Source of the DNA: the human T2T-CHM13v2.0 reference genome, Homo sapiens
Direction: 5' to 3' (one strand)
Assembly (NCBI RefSeq): GCF_009914755.1
Contig: NC_060932.1
DNA length: 64,000 bases
The translations under genes were made by a program, and so were the position numbers. The notes under the pieces were generated by a model. The model had not been told where the DNA came from. It ran no database searches and saw only the letters and a program-made list of their open reading frames with translations. Positions 30,931 to 51,180 of this stretch are shown here, piece after piece; the stretch's first letter is position 1; each line of letters opens with the position of its first letter.

Positions 30931-31884
30931 AATAACCACTCATTTTTTGATAGGAAGTAAATGATATACAATTTATCAGCATTGAAGTGTCTGAGAACAA
31001 TCTCCTCGAACTAAGCGGTACTAGGTGTAACGTTGCACGTTTCATGCACCTAAGCTTCTATAAGACATTTTGACCAGTAATAATAGAGGCTAAATAATCT
31101 TTCCAGTTTTCTAAACACAATACAACAAAATCAATCCTATGTGTACACTTAACAGAGACTGTAACAATATGGAAAAAAATATTATTAGCGTGCACCAGGA
31201 ATTTTATTTTATTTATATTTGTGTGTGTATTTTATTTATGGAAGTGTCAACTTCTTCACATTTACATTTTTTTGAGATTTTTAAGTGCTTTAATGAGGTG
31301 TAATTGCCATAAAATAAACTGCACAGGTTTGAAGTGCATAATTGGTAGGTTTTGATGTGTGTATACACCTGTGAAACCGTCACTGCAATCCAAATACTGA
31401 ACCTATCCATCACGTCAAAGTTTCCTCACATGTCTTTGCTGCCTGGACTTGCATTCTTGCCTGTCCGTGACCCCACAGTTAGCAACCACTGTCTGCTTTC
31501 ATGATAGGTTAGCTCGTACCTTCTACATTTTTATACAGAGTAATCCACCTGGTTTGTTTGTACAGCTTGTTCTAACGAGCATGCCTATTTTGACATTCAT
31601 CCCTCTTCCTGTAGCCCTGCTTCCTTTCTTTTTCATCTTAGTCATGCTCCATTCACTCACCTTTTGATGAACATTTGGGTTTTTTCCAGCCTTTGTGTGT
31701 TACGAATAAAACTACTGTGCACATTTGTGGACAAGTCTTTAAATGGGGACATGCTTTTATTTGTCTTGGGTAAACACCTGAGAGTGAAATAAACGGGGAT
31801 ATGGCAAATGTCTAACTTTTTAAGAAATGCATGATCTGTTTTCCAAAATGATGGTATAATTTTACATTCCTATCAACATTGTAG

Positions 31885-32202
<318 letters not shown>

Positions 32203-32753
32203 TAGTGGTTTCTCATTGTGATTTGAATTTGCATTAACCATAAATGACTAAAAGTTGACTACGTTTCATTAACTAAATTACTATCTAGATATCATCTTAG
32301 ATGAAGTGTCTGTTGCAATGTTTCGATCATTGTTATATAGAGTGGTTTTTAAATTGAGTTTTGATCATGCTTTATATATTTTGGATAAAAGTTCTTTATC
32401 AGGTATTTGATTCTCAAGCATTTCCTGTCAGTCCTTGGTTTGCCTTTTCAATTCCCAGAAGTGTCTTATTAAGAGCAGAAATTTTAATTTTGATAAAGTT
32501 CAAAGTATCGATTTGCTCTTTTAGGGATTCTTCTTTTGGTGTTGTATCTATAAAATTTTTTTTCTAAACGGTAGTCACAAAGTTTTTCTTCTGTTTTCTT
32601 CTAGAAGTTTCATAGTTTACATCGGATATATTTTGAGTTAGTGTTTATATGTGCTATGAGGGATGGAGTTAAGGGTATATTTCTTTCCTTTTGTATCTTA
32701 GAATGATTTATTTATTTATTTATTTTACAAAATGACTATTAAATTTTTATTAA

Positions 32754-33146
<393 letters not shown>

Positions 33147-33475
33147 ATCATTGTTTTATTCTAATTATATGTTTGTTCATCTTGGTGCTAATACTAACCT
33201 GTTAGATTATTATAGCTTTATAATAAGTCTGACAGTCAGATAGTGTAAGTCTTCCAACTTTGTTCCCATTTCTATTTGACTCCTTTCTATTTATTTCAAA
33301 TGTACGGTTGAACACTATTTTCATTACTAAAAAGAACATTTTATGGATTGTCTGTTTATATTATACTCTTTGAACCATCTCTCTATCTGCTTACCCATGT
33401 GCACTTAAAGAACCTCTTTTAGCATTGATCCCTAGGGAAAGGTAATTCAAGTATTTCTATAATCATTTACTACTA

Positions 33476-33560
33476 CTCTTGAACTCCTGACCTCAAGTGA
33501 TCCTCCTGCCCTGGCTTCCCAAAGTGCTGGGATTACAGGCATGAGCCATTGCACCCAGCC
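33476..33560 (-). mobile_element. Alu left-arm 5' fragment
   Basis: gaactcctgacctcaagtgatcctcc...cacccagcc. Confidence 0.85.
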
Positions 33561-33921
33561 CAACTTTGAGTTTTCTTGTGATAAAATTTCTAAGAAATGA
33601 AAAATCAAAATAGAAAAAAAAAGGAAAATTCATTTACTAGTCCTATAATATATTTAAATTTTCTATTTCCAAAATTAAAGAGTTTGCAAAGAGTATGTTG
33701 ACATCAAAGTATACATCAATATAGGTAGGCCAGTTCTTATCATCTCATTTCTGCAAGAGAAAGTAAAGTGCAGAGAAGTGACTTTCTCAATGTCACATGT
33801 TCTCTGATTCCTAGACCCCAAAAAATGGGTATATATGTAGGTAAATTTAGGAAGTCAGCATAAATGTACCAGAATCAGATTTGCTAAAGTAACTTTAGAA
33901 AGATGGCATTTTAAGGGTCAG

Positions 33922-36203
33922 TGATGTGGCTCCAATACGTCCTCTAAATTTCAAGTGTTGGAAACTTATTCCTCAAATGTATATGTTGATTGGAGCTGAG
34001 TCCTTTGGGAGGAAATAGGACTAGATAAGGTCATCAGGTGGGACCTCCACGAGGGGACTAGTATCTTTAGAAGAAGATCAATGGGGACCTGGGCTGATGT
34101 GCACGCTCTTGCCCTGACGCCATGTCCATCGACTTCCTGTTCTCCAAAGCTGTGAGCCACATAAACTACTTTTCCTTACAAGTTTCCGAGTCTCAGAAAT
34201 TCTTTCATATCAGTAGAAAACAATGGACAAAGACAAAAAATTTGCACCCAGAGCAAGGTTGTTATAACAATTACCTAAAATTGTGGAAGCAGCTTTGTAA
34301 CTGGATAATGTGCAGGAGCAGGCTAGAACAAGCCTAGAATGCTGCAAATGGAGTGTGAAGGGCAATTCTCATGGCTCAGAAGAAAAGATATGGGAAAGTC
34401 TGCAACTACTTACAAATCACTTAAGTGGTTGTGATCAGAATGCTGGCAGAAATAAGGAGTAAAGATGATTATGATGAGGCCTCGGATGAGCATGAGGAAG
34501 GAGGTGTTGGAAACTAAAGGTCATCCTTGTTATATCATAGCAAAAAACACGGCTGAATTATCCCCATGCCCTAAAGTTTCATAAAATGCAGAAATTAAAA
34601 ACAATAAACTAGGATACTAGGTAGAAGAAATCGCTAAGGAGCAAAACTTAGAGTGGCTGCATGGCTACTTTTAACTGCTTACCGTAAAATATGAGAGAAG
34701 AGAGATGATTTAAAGACAGAATTTTTAATTAAAAATGTAGCAGATCTGAAAGATTTGGAAAATTCACAGCTTGGCCATTTGGTAAAGAATGAAAAAACAT
34801 ATTAAGGAGAGGAAACCAAGGGTGTATCCCAGAAACTGTTTGCTAAAGGGTTTAGTGCTAATAGAAGGGATTATCAAGACAATGGCAAAAAGACTTAGAA
34901 GGGATTTCAGAGATCTTTGAGAGTTCCTTCTTAGGCCCAGAGCTCTAGAAGGTCAGAATGGTTTTGGAGGACAGGCCTAGGCCCTCCCTGGGCTCACTGC
35001 CCAGGGCCACCTCAGGTCTTTGTTCCCTAAATTTTAGCACAGTGCTTCTAGATTGCCCCAACTGTGGCTTGATTCTGGAAGATACAAGCCATAAGCCTTG
35101 GCAGTGTCCAAGTGGCACTAATTCTATAGGCTTGCAGAATGCAAGAGCTATGGAGGCATTTCTTCCTCACCTAGACGTCAAAGGATGTTGAGGACAGACT
35201 GGGGTCCCAGGCAGAGACTTGTTTCAGGCATCACAGAGAACCCTACTAGGGCAACACTGAGTGTATGTGGCGTCAAAGCTGTCACAAAGAGTTCCTACCA
35301 AGGCAATGCCTACTGCAGCCTTGGCAGCAGGATCACCAATGAGACTTCAGAACTGCAAAGCTACCAGTAGGTTATGCCATCCTAGGAGTGCTGAAGCGTG
35401 GGCTCAGCCCAGAAAAGACACGGGGAGTGGGCTTCCAAAGGCCTTGGGGGCTCAACATTCACTCTGGTGTGTCTGGGAGGCAGCATGCAGAGTGAAAAAT
35501 CATTCTGAAGTTTTGAGATTTAATGTTTTCCTTTTTGGATTCTGGTCTTCCTTGAGACAAGTTCTTTTTCTATTTTCTCTTTCCCCATTTCGGAATAGAA
35601 ATATATATCCTCTGTCTGTCCCACTATTGTATTTTGAAAGTACATAATTTGTTTGATTTCACAGGCTCACGGCTGGAGGAAATTTGCCTTAGGATAAATT
35701 GTGCCCTGTGTCTCACCCATGTCTGATTAAGATGGGACTCAGGACTTTGGACCTTAAGTTGCTGCCAAATGAGTTAAGACTTTGGGGCCACTGGAAAGGA
35801 ATAAATGTATCTTGCATATGAGAATAATGTTAATTTAGGGGGCTGGAGTGGAATGTTATATCCCCCAAATTTCATGTGTTGAAAACTTTATCTCCAAATT
35901 CATATGTTGTTTGGAAATAGGATTTTCGGGATAAGATAAAGTCATCAGGATGGCGCCCTGATGATTGGACTGGTGGCTTTATAAGAAGGGGAAGAGAGAC
36001 CCAAGCTGACACACATGCTTTTCTCCTCTAACTATGTAATACCCTTTGGCATGTTTCGACACAGTGAAAAAAGCCCTCCCTGGAAGCTGCTACCATGCCC
36101 TTGAGCGTCCCAGCCTCCAGAACCACAGGCCAAGTAATTTATTTTCTTTATAAATTACCCAGTCTCAAGTATACTTTATAGCAACATAAAGTGGACTGAG
36201 ACA
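33922..36203 (+). mobile_element. Full-length MaLR provirus (MSTC-like LTR / MST-int / LTR)
   Basis: 5' LTR 33922-34234, internal region, polypurine tract gggggctggagtggaa, 3' LTR 35854-36203; near-TSD gtcag/gtaag. Confidence 0.88.
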
Positions 36204-37859
36204 GTAAGACTTGAAGACATTCTGATATTATTTATTTGTATGGAATGTGCTACTCAAATGAGATTAATTGGGTAGCTTCCCATTTGATCTTGGCTCTAGA
36301 AAGATGTCTTTATTCTGTGGCAAATCTTTGTCTATTATGAACCCGGTTGCATTTGTCTCTCAAGGTGTATGGTTTGACTGGCATCCATCTACAAGTCAAA
36401 TTCCTTTTAGTCTATGCCCATTTAGCAATCTTCTGCTTTAAAATTGCAGCTGGGTAAAGAATGCACTGATAGACTTCTGGTCCACATAAAAATCAATAAA
36501 CTTTTGTATATAGGAATCTCTTGAGAGTCTAGTTAATGACAGTCATTGTTACCAAAATGAGGAGTCATCCTCAGTGCTTACTACAATCTGTTTTCTAAAC
36601 CTATATGTTTAAACTTCAGACCCAAGACTTGCTGAATACACCAATACATATTTAACTTTGTGAGGTTTTTTTTTTTTTTTTTTTTTTGACTTTAGTGTTC
36701 CCGGACTTTCTTGTACGAAATAGGGCTTATCAAAGCTTGAACTATAATTTCCAGTAGTTTTTACTGTGGATTTTTCAATCTGAGGACTGGCTACTGCCAT
36801 TGCCTGTTGGTTGTGAAGATCCTTCACAATGAGATTACTACTACACCTGGGTACTTCATAAAAAAAAGATAAAACTGATTTCCCTGCCCTTATTTCAGAG
36901 AAAAAGCGATGGAAGTAAGGGAGAGGAACCAGAAGCAATTTCAGGATAAAGAAATGAAGATGCTAAATCCAATCCAATTAATTCCTTGAAGAAGTAATGT
37001 CAAACATCAATCCAAGTTCAATCCCAAGACTCAGAAGTAGTTGATTTTAAATAAAGCACTGCTAAAGATGTTTAAGAGCATAAAGTTTTATGATTTTGAA
37101 AGTAATTTTCTCTGACAGTATTTGAATTTTACTAAAAATGAAAACCAAATGTGACTATTTCTAATATGACAAAAATATATGGATTTGTACAGTTGCTCAG
37201 AATAGAATATGCCATTTGTTTGTAAAATGAATACGAAATTATAAGCCTGCTTTCCAGTAAATGTAGGTTATGCTCCAAAACCACTTCAAAATGGGCTAAG
37301 CCTTCAGGATTCCACTTCAAAAAAATCATATAATTAATGGAGAAATTATTTTACTGTATTAGGAGAACAGGAAGCTAACGTTTTAATACCAATATGTTTT
37401 TATTAGTAAAGAAGGTATTTATTCAAAAGAGAGAGACAACTATGACATAATGTCCCCAATTTTATTATTTTTGAATTCAGAAAAAATGCTTACCATTAAA
37501 ATTTAATTAATAAGTACACATATGTCTATTTGCTTTCATCATTACTCAAGTATTAAATGTGAAATTGAATAAAACATTTCCTACATTTTATTTAAGAAAC
37601 CCGAAATTTTAGTAGAAATGTAAAAATGTAAATAGCTTTCAGGTAAAAAGCATTTGTATTAGTATTTCAGAAACATAGCTTTAAAGTTGAAAGCTTAACA
37701 TCTGTTTAATTTATAACTACAAATAAAATAAATGCAGTATAAAAATCATAATGTTTGGTGCTGATCTTAACTAAATATTGACTTCAAACATGAGTTATGT
37801 TAAAATATGAACATACTGAAAACTTTGTTATTACATGCTAATTTTTCTCCAGTAAAGCA

Positions 37860-39007
<1,148 letters not shown>

Positions 39008-39110
39008 TGATGGGGTTCAGGACAGAATACCCCAAAATACGGCACCTTGGCCTTTGTGAAAACAGCAGAAACAGGAAAGTCTCAATATTCTCCCCTGAAG
39101 CAGGACATAA

Positions 39111-39545
<435 letters not shown>

Positions 39546-39920
39546 TGAGCAAGTAGACCTTGCTAAGTTCCCCCCAGTTTATTACCATTGAATTATATCC
39601 CCTTTAGCCAATCATGTTTCTACACAACTATCCACTAATCATCAAGCCTTGCATAAAAATGTGCAGGTTTTTCCTGTTTCTTTAAGTATTCATTTCTAAC
39701 GTCATCGATGTCAGGTAAAACTTAAATAAATTTGTAGGCTTTTCTCTTGTTAATCTATCTTTTGTGTAGAAGTCTTATCCATAAACCTTGCAATGGGTGA
39801 AGAAAAAAATATTACTTCTTCTCCCCAGTAGTTTCGGGGACTCTAGATGGGACAACTGAGATACCCCACCCACTCTGGAGCATGCTAATGAGATCCTTAG
39901 ATAACTGATGAGAAATGCAT

Positions 39921-40344
39921 TGCTACAGTTTGAATGTTGGTCCCCTCTGAAACTCATGTGAAACTTAATCTCTAATGTGGCAAAACTAAGAGGTAGGGCC
40001 TTTAAGAGGCAACTGGGTCATGAAGGCTCTGCCCTCCTGTATAGATTAATTTATTCATGGGTTGGTGGGTTAATGGATGAATGGGTCATCATTGCAGCAA
40101 GACTGGTGGGTTTATAAGAAGAGACAGAGACCTAAGCTACTGCAGTCAGCCCTTTACTATGTGCTACCCTGAGCTTCCTCAGGACTCTGCTGAGAGTCCC
40201 CATCAGCAAGAAGGTCCTCTCCAGATACTGCCCCTCAACCCTGGACTTCTCAGCCTCTATAACTGTAAGAAATACATTTCATTTCTTTATAGATTACCCA
40301 GTTTCAGCTATTATGTCACAAGCAAAAGAAAATGAACTAAGACA
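39921..40344 (+). mobile_element. MST-family (MSTD-like) solo LTR
   Basis: tgctacagtttgaatg...ggactctgctgagagtccccatcagcaagaagg...gaactaagaca. Confidence 0.85.
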
Positions 40345-42226
40345 CTTATCAAAGGTAAACATTTTTACCAAGATCAGCTCTCCAAGATCTCTGTCTGTAG
40401 TGCCCAATTGAGAGAAGAAACTAAAATCTTCTCCTTTTCCCTTTCATTCTAAATTCAGATTAACAGGAGAAAACCATGTGTTTCTACTGTTACTCTTGCA
40501 TAATTCTGGTTTGGGGATATCTATTCGTTATTAATCTTTTCCCTCCCAGGGACAGCAATTGCTCCCATCTGTCTTGTTATATGTCCTGAAAACTTGGCTT
40601 GGCTTTTCACTTTTTGGGGTGCTTAAGTTGTCAGCTTTTTGTGTGTAGGCAGCAGACTTCAGGTTGGAAGGCCCTGAGAATGTGGCTAGGGAGAAATGTG
40701 AGTGGCACCCCACTTGCAGCAAACAGACTGAGTATTTCCAGCTCTCAGGGTGTGGTTCTGTGTCTTTTATTCTCTTGGATGTCCTTGATAGTGGTGGTGT
40801 ATCTTGGGAGAGCTGCAGTTTTTAGCATCTTTTTTGAGTAAAACTCTTTGGTCGATATTTAAGTCATAAAAGGTTTTTTGGTGTTGGTTATGAAATACTT
40901 GATAGAAATCTTTGGTTTAAAAGAAGACGAAAAAAGAAGAAATTTAATACTTCAGGAATATTTGCTGTTTGTCCTAGTTGAAACCTGGCAATAAGATATT
41001 TAAAATAACTTTTTAAGAGCTCTATAGTTACAAGTCATTTTAAATAGAAGCTGATATTTTTAAGTACTCTATGATTCTTTCTATTAGATTCTGCTTTTCA
41101 CATTAGACCTTCTCAGTCAACTGGCATTCTTCTTTAGCCAGTGCTAACTCCATGCCACACCAACTCTGACCACATCTTTCTATTGGAACTTGAACTCTTG
41201 GGTTATGCTCTAAACTGGCTCCTCTAAGACCTCTTTTTTCTGTTTTCTTCTGGTCTAGCTTCCTTCTCTTGCCACCTCCAATCTTGCGTTCAGTTTCTTT
41301 AAGTCCTTGATATGTCCCCCTTCAAATCCCTACTTCCTCTATCTCTCTACCTCTGTCTGGCTTTCTTCTATTCCAGCCCTCCAGTCACTTGAACTTTGGC
41401 CCCTTGCTCTCAAGAGACTCCTGCTTCCCCAAAAGCAACTATGTGAGGCTGAAAAGAAAACGAAAAAGAAAGTTAATTAGAAATAGACTGAATAAGGGCA
41501 GCAATAGATGTTTTGTCACAATCTCCACAAGATTGGCCTCTGATAATAAGCAAATATATCACAAAACTCCTTCTAGGAGAAAACTTGGATTCATTTTCTG
41601 TATTTTTGAAATGGAAATTTTCTACTGCCTTCTCCAAAACCTGATAGTTGTCTTTTCAAAATACAAACTTCAAGGAGATTATCATCAGAAGGGAATGAAA
41701 AAGAAAAGTATTTGGAAACTGGGCAAATAAAAAATATTGTCTTTCCCACCCATATTAGTACAAAGCTTTAGCCATTTCAGTAGGTAAATCTTGTTTCATC
41801 TACCAGAAACACAATTCAGATCAGAATTTTTTTTTTATAAACCACTGAGTTTTGTCTTATCATACCTGGCACATGGATACCATTTTATAATAAATGCTAT
41901 AACATTTTGCATCTATCTGCATCCTTATGTATGTTTATGTCTGCATGTACATCTGCATGTTATGTCTATGTGATTTTTTTTTTACTTCTAGATGATATTA
42001 CCAGATTAATTTATAAAATCCCTTAAAAGAGATCTATTGCAATTGGCTCAGGGACAAATGAGTGCTTATATAATTTAAGTATTCCTAAAACTTTCAGAAA
42101 AATATAAACTAATCCAAAACTTCTTTTCAAGTTTATATGCTTAGGGGGTAAATCTTTAACAAATAAGATTACTTTAAAATTTTTGGTAAAGTTGAAAGAA
42201 AACTGTATTCAGAATGGTTAACATTA

Positions 42227-42509
42227 GGCCAGGTGCAGTGGCTTACACTTGTAATCCCAGCACTTTGGGAGGTCAAAGCAGGTGAATCACCTGAGGTCAG
42301 GAGTTCGAGACCTGCCTGGCCAACATGGCAAAACACCATCTCTACTAAAAATACAAAACTTAGTTGGGCATGTTGGCAGGCCCCTGTAATCCCAGCTACT
42401 TGGGAGCCTGAGGCAGGGAGAATTGCTTGAACCTGGGAGGCAGAGATTGCAGTGTCCCAAGATCACACCTCTGTACTCCAGCCTGGGTGACAGAGTTAGA
42501 CTCCATCTC

Positions 42510-42536
<27 letters not shown>
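42227..42536 (+). mobile_element. AluS
   Basis: Full dimer with degenerate TSD agaatggttaacatta/agagtggttgccatta. Confidence 0.95.
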
Positions 42537-42540
<4 letters not shown>

Positions 42541-42914
42541 TGGTTGCCATTATATATAATGCAGACATTTTTCCCTCTAGGCTTAATAGTCAAACAAGAT
42601 TGGAGATGTTTAAAATGATCAAACTGTAAATCCAGTTGAAGTGAAAAACGTACAAGTAAACTGAATTGCTGATGCATGACAATCTGGAAGAGAGAAAGAC
42701 AGAACTATGATTATCTTTCTTTAGTTTCTTTGCTTCTGTGATATTTTTAATATTTGCCTGATTCATCAACAAAAGAAATAACTTCAGATGTGCTTTATTT
42801 AATTTCTTATACAATGTTCACAGGCAGTTCAAATATAATTGTTAAGTATGAGTTAATTAAGTGAATGTAAGTGGGATAAAGTTTATAAAAAAAAATTTCA
42901 ACACTACAAGTATC

Positions 42915-43935
42915 GGCTGGCAGCCAAGATGGCCGAATAGGAACAGCTCCGGTCTACAGCTCCCAGCGTGAGCGACGCAGAAGACGGGTGATTTCTGCAT
43001 TTCCATCTGAGGTACTGGGTTCAACTCACTAGGGAGTGCCAGACAGTGGGTGCAGGACAGTTGGTGCAGCGCACTGTGTGTGAGCAGAAGTAGGGTGAGG
43101 CATGGCCTCACTCGGGAAGCACAAGGGGTCAGGGAGTTCCCTTTCCTAGTCAAAGAAAGGGGTGACAGACGGCACCCGGAAAAACAGGTCACTCCCACCA
43201 TAATACTGCGCTTTTCCGACGGCGCACCAGGAGATTATATCTCGCACCTGGCTCGGAGGGTCCTACAACCACAGAGTCTCACTGATTGCTAGCACAGCAG
43301 TCTGAGATCAAACTGAAAGGTGGCAGCGAGTCTGGGGGAGGGGCGCCCGCCATTGCCCAGGCTTGCTTAGGTAAACAAAGCAGCAGGGAAGCTCGAACTG
43401 GTTGGAGCCCACCACAGCTCAAGGAGGCCTGCCTGCCTCTGTAGGCACCACCTCTGGGGGCAGGGCACAGACAAACAAAAAGACAGTAGTAACCTCTGCA
43501 GACTTAAATGTCCCTGTCTGACGGCTTTGAAGAGAACAGTGGTTCTCCCGGCATGCAGCTGGAGATCTGAGAACGGGCAGACTGCCTCCTCAAGTGGGTC
43601 CCTGACCCCTGACCCCCGAGCAGCCTAACTGGGAGGCACCCCCAAGTAGGGGCAGACTGACACCTCACATGGCTGGGTACTCCTCTGAGACAAAAATTCC
43701 AGAGTAACGATCAGACAGCAGCGTTCACGGTTCACGAAAATCCGCTCTTCTGCAGCCACTGCTGCTGACACCCAGGCAAACAGGGTCTGGAGTGGACCTC
43801 TGGCAAACTCCAACAGACTTGCAGCTGAGGGTCCTGTCTGTAAGAAGGAAAACTAACAAACAGAAAGGACATCCACACCGAAAACCCATCTGTACATCAC
43901 CATCATCAAAGACCAAAGTAGATAAAACCACAAAG
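42915..43935 (+). promoter_or_regulatory. L1 5'UTR internal promoter (sense and antisense) with intact YY1 site
   Basis: AAGATGGCC at 42926-42934; CpG-rich; carries the extra ~129-bp segment at about 43680-43808 that is absent from L1HS. Confidence 0.8.
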
Positions 43936-44951
43936 ACGGGGAAAAAAACAGCAGAAAAACTGCAAACTCTAAAAAGCAGAGTGCCCCTCCTCCTCCAAAG
44001 GAATGCAGTTCCTCACCAGCAATGGAACAAAGCTGGATGGAGAATGACTTTCATGGGCTGAGAGAAGAAGGCTTCAGATGATCAAACTACTCCAAGCTAC
44101 AGGAGGAAATTCAAACCAAAGGTAAAGAAGTTAAAAAATTTGAAAAAAATTTAGACGAATGTATAACTAGAATAATCAATAAAGAGAAGTGCTTAAAGGA
44201 ACTGATGGAGCTGAAAGCCAAGGCTTGAGAACTACTTGAAGAATGCAGAAGCCTCAGGAGCCGATGCAATCTACTGGAAGAAAGGGTATCAGCAATGGAA
44301 GATGAAATGAATGAAATGAAGCGAGAAGGGAAGCTTAGAGAAAAAAGAATAAAAAGAAATGAACAAAGCCTCCAAGAAATATGGGACTATGTGAAAAGAC
44401 CAAATCTATGTCTGACTGGTATACCTGAAAGTGATGAGGGGAATGGAACCAAGCTGGAAAAAACTCTGCAGGATATTATCCAGGAGAACTTCCCCAATCT
44501 AGCAAGTCAGGCCAACATTCAGATTCAGGAAATACAGAGAATGCCACAAAGATACTCCTCGAGAAGAGCAACTCCAAGACACATAATTGTCAGATTCACC
44601 AAAATTGAAATGATGGAAAAAATGTTAAGGGCAGCCAGAGAGAAAGGTCGGGTTACCCACAAAGGGAAGCCCATCAGACTAACAGCTGATCTCTTGGCAG
44701 AAACTCTAGGAGCCAGAAGAGAGTGGGGGCCAATATTCAACATTCTCAAAGAAAAGAATTTTCAACCCAGAGTTTCATATCCAGCCAAACTAAGCTTCAT
44801 AAGTGAAGGAGAAATAAAATACTTTACAGACAAGCAAATGCTGAGACATTTTGTCACCACCAGTCCTGCCCTAAAAGAGCTCCTGAAGGAAGCACTAAAC
44901 ATGGAAAGGAACAACCGGTACCAGCCACTGCAAAATCATGCCAAAATGTAA
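43936..44951 (+). pseudogene. L1 ORF1p, disrupted
   Basis: Start ATG>ACG at 43936; CGA>TGA stops near 44078 and 44225; ORF 44295-44951 is the ORF1p C-terminus. Confidence 0.92.
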
Positions 44952-45014
44952 AGACCATTGAGAATAGGAAGAAACTGCATCAACTAACGAGCAAAATAAC
45001 CAGCTAACATCATA

Positions 45015-48837
<3,823 letters not shown>

Positions 48838-50393
48838 ACAATGAGAACACATGGACACAGGAAGGGGAACATCACACTCTGGGGACTGTTTGTGGGGTAG
48901 GGGGACGGGGGAGGGATAGCATTAGGAGATACAAGTAATGCAAAATGACGAGTTAATGGGTGCAGCACACCAGCATGGCACATGTATACATATGTAACTA
49001 ACCTGCACATTGTGCACATGTACCCTGAAACTTAAAGTATAATAATAATAATAATAATAATAAATTCAACACTAATTAGGTTTTATAAAAAATGTCTACC
49101 TAAAATAATTTTAAAATTATTTTGGTCATTTGAAACCTTTACCTTATTCTAAGTTAAATTAAGTAATAAATATTCATTAACTGTCTGGAAAATTTTGAAC
49201 TAAGAGGAAGATAAACTTATCTACCTTTGGCTTTACACATTTCACAAAAATATAAAATATATTTGAAGCTGTTAATAAGCATGAGAAATGTATTATAAGG
49301 AATCATGTTTTTAAAAATTATGAAATTATTTTAAACTACAGAATATATAACCTTCTGTACTTGCCTTTCAAATCTTTTATTGCCATTAAAATATAAAACC
49401 CACATTATATTTAACGAAGAATTATAAACTTTTGGAATTTTTGACAACTTCCCCAAATTACATTTTAAATTAAGTATTTTGGACCACAAACTAAATTTGG
49501 AAATTTCCAGAAAAGCCCCTGGAATATGTTCAAAGAATCTGTTTTTTTCTCCTTATAAAAGAAAGATGTTAAACTAATTAGATTTATTTCCCATGTTAAA
49601 TTATAAGAGAAACATTGTCAAATAATAAGCAACACAAAGCCTTCTTTAAGTTATATTTGCATAAGAGCATCCCAAAATTATATGAAATTCCTAGAAATTA
49701 GATATGTCCTAGTATAATGTTAATAGTTACAATTTTGGTTATGATTTTAAAATTTTTAATACCACATAAATAACCAAATATACTTGTGAATTGCATCATT
49801 GTTACAATAAAGCCTCACCAGGTTTTTAACGATGGTTGTTTTAAGTCTTTTGTCATTCACAGACATTATTGTTTTACTTTGATTCTTTTCTGAAAGTATT
49901 TACAATTATCCACAATCCAATATTACTTCTTTTTCAAAGAGATTTGTGAAAAAGACTCTGAAAGTACTGTGGAGTGCAGATTTCTGATAATTTTAAGATA
50001 TTGTCATCGGACTATGAAAGTATTTTGAGAACTCTAATGAAGAAACTGATGGATTTATAAAACTGCTATTCCAGCTTCAAGTACAGAAAAAATTAATTAC
50101 ATGGGACTGAATGAACTGACAGAATAATTACAAGTTTTTAATGATTTTTTCTATAATATTGCTAGTTCTTCAATGTTTGGTTTTCTAGTTTTAAGAAAAT
50201 ATTTTTTAAAAAATTTACTCTTAAACTATCTGCAGCTTAGAAAAATTTGGTAAGGTCTGCTTTCATAAACAAAATTGAAACAATTACTTTTTCTCTCTAC
50301 TTGATCCCTCCAGAACTTGGAAATTATTCATGAATATTTTTATTTTATTGCAATATAGTTATTTGCATAAGTTCAATAAGAATCTGTTCTCCT

Positions 50394-50714
<321 letters not shown>

Positions 50715-51180
50715 CTATACCTGGAGGAAAGGAACACACTTATCCTCACAAATGCAGAGAGATGCCGAGAAGAATCTGAACAAGCAGGCCTTAGTAAGCG
50801 CCTCCCACTTTATTACCATTAGATCTTACCCCTTTGTCCGATCACAGTTTTGCACAGCTGCCCACTCCTTATCAAACATAACATGAAAAGAAACAGATAT
50901 TCCTGTTTTCTTGAGGTCTTCTTTTCTGAAAGCTCCTATGCCATCTAAAATGTATATTAAATACATTTTATGAATTTCTCTTAATGAGGAGCCTTTGCCA
51001 TGAACCTTGCCATGAGTAAGAGAAAGATATTACTTTTTCCCCCTGCCACATCTTTTGCCTGTTTTCTCATTGGATTTATTTTTTTTTAAAGTATTGAGTT
51101 TTCAGAGTTATTTATATATTCTACATACTGCTGCACTTGCTGGATATGTGGTTTGTAAACATTTCCTTCAGGTCTGTAGC

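Noticed and set aside
36609-36938. Processed pseudogene suggested by poly(T) 36666-36687; also poly(A) at 24479-24504
   Set aside because: No TSD, no recognisable protein and no well-placed poly(A) signal
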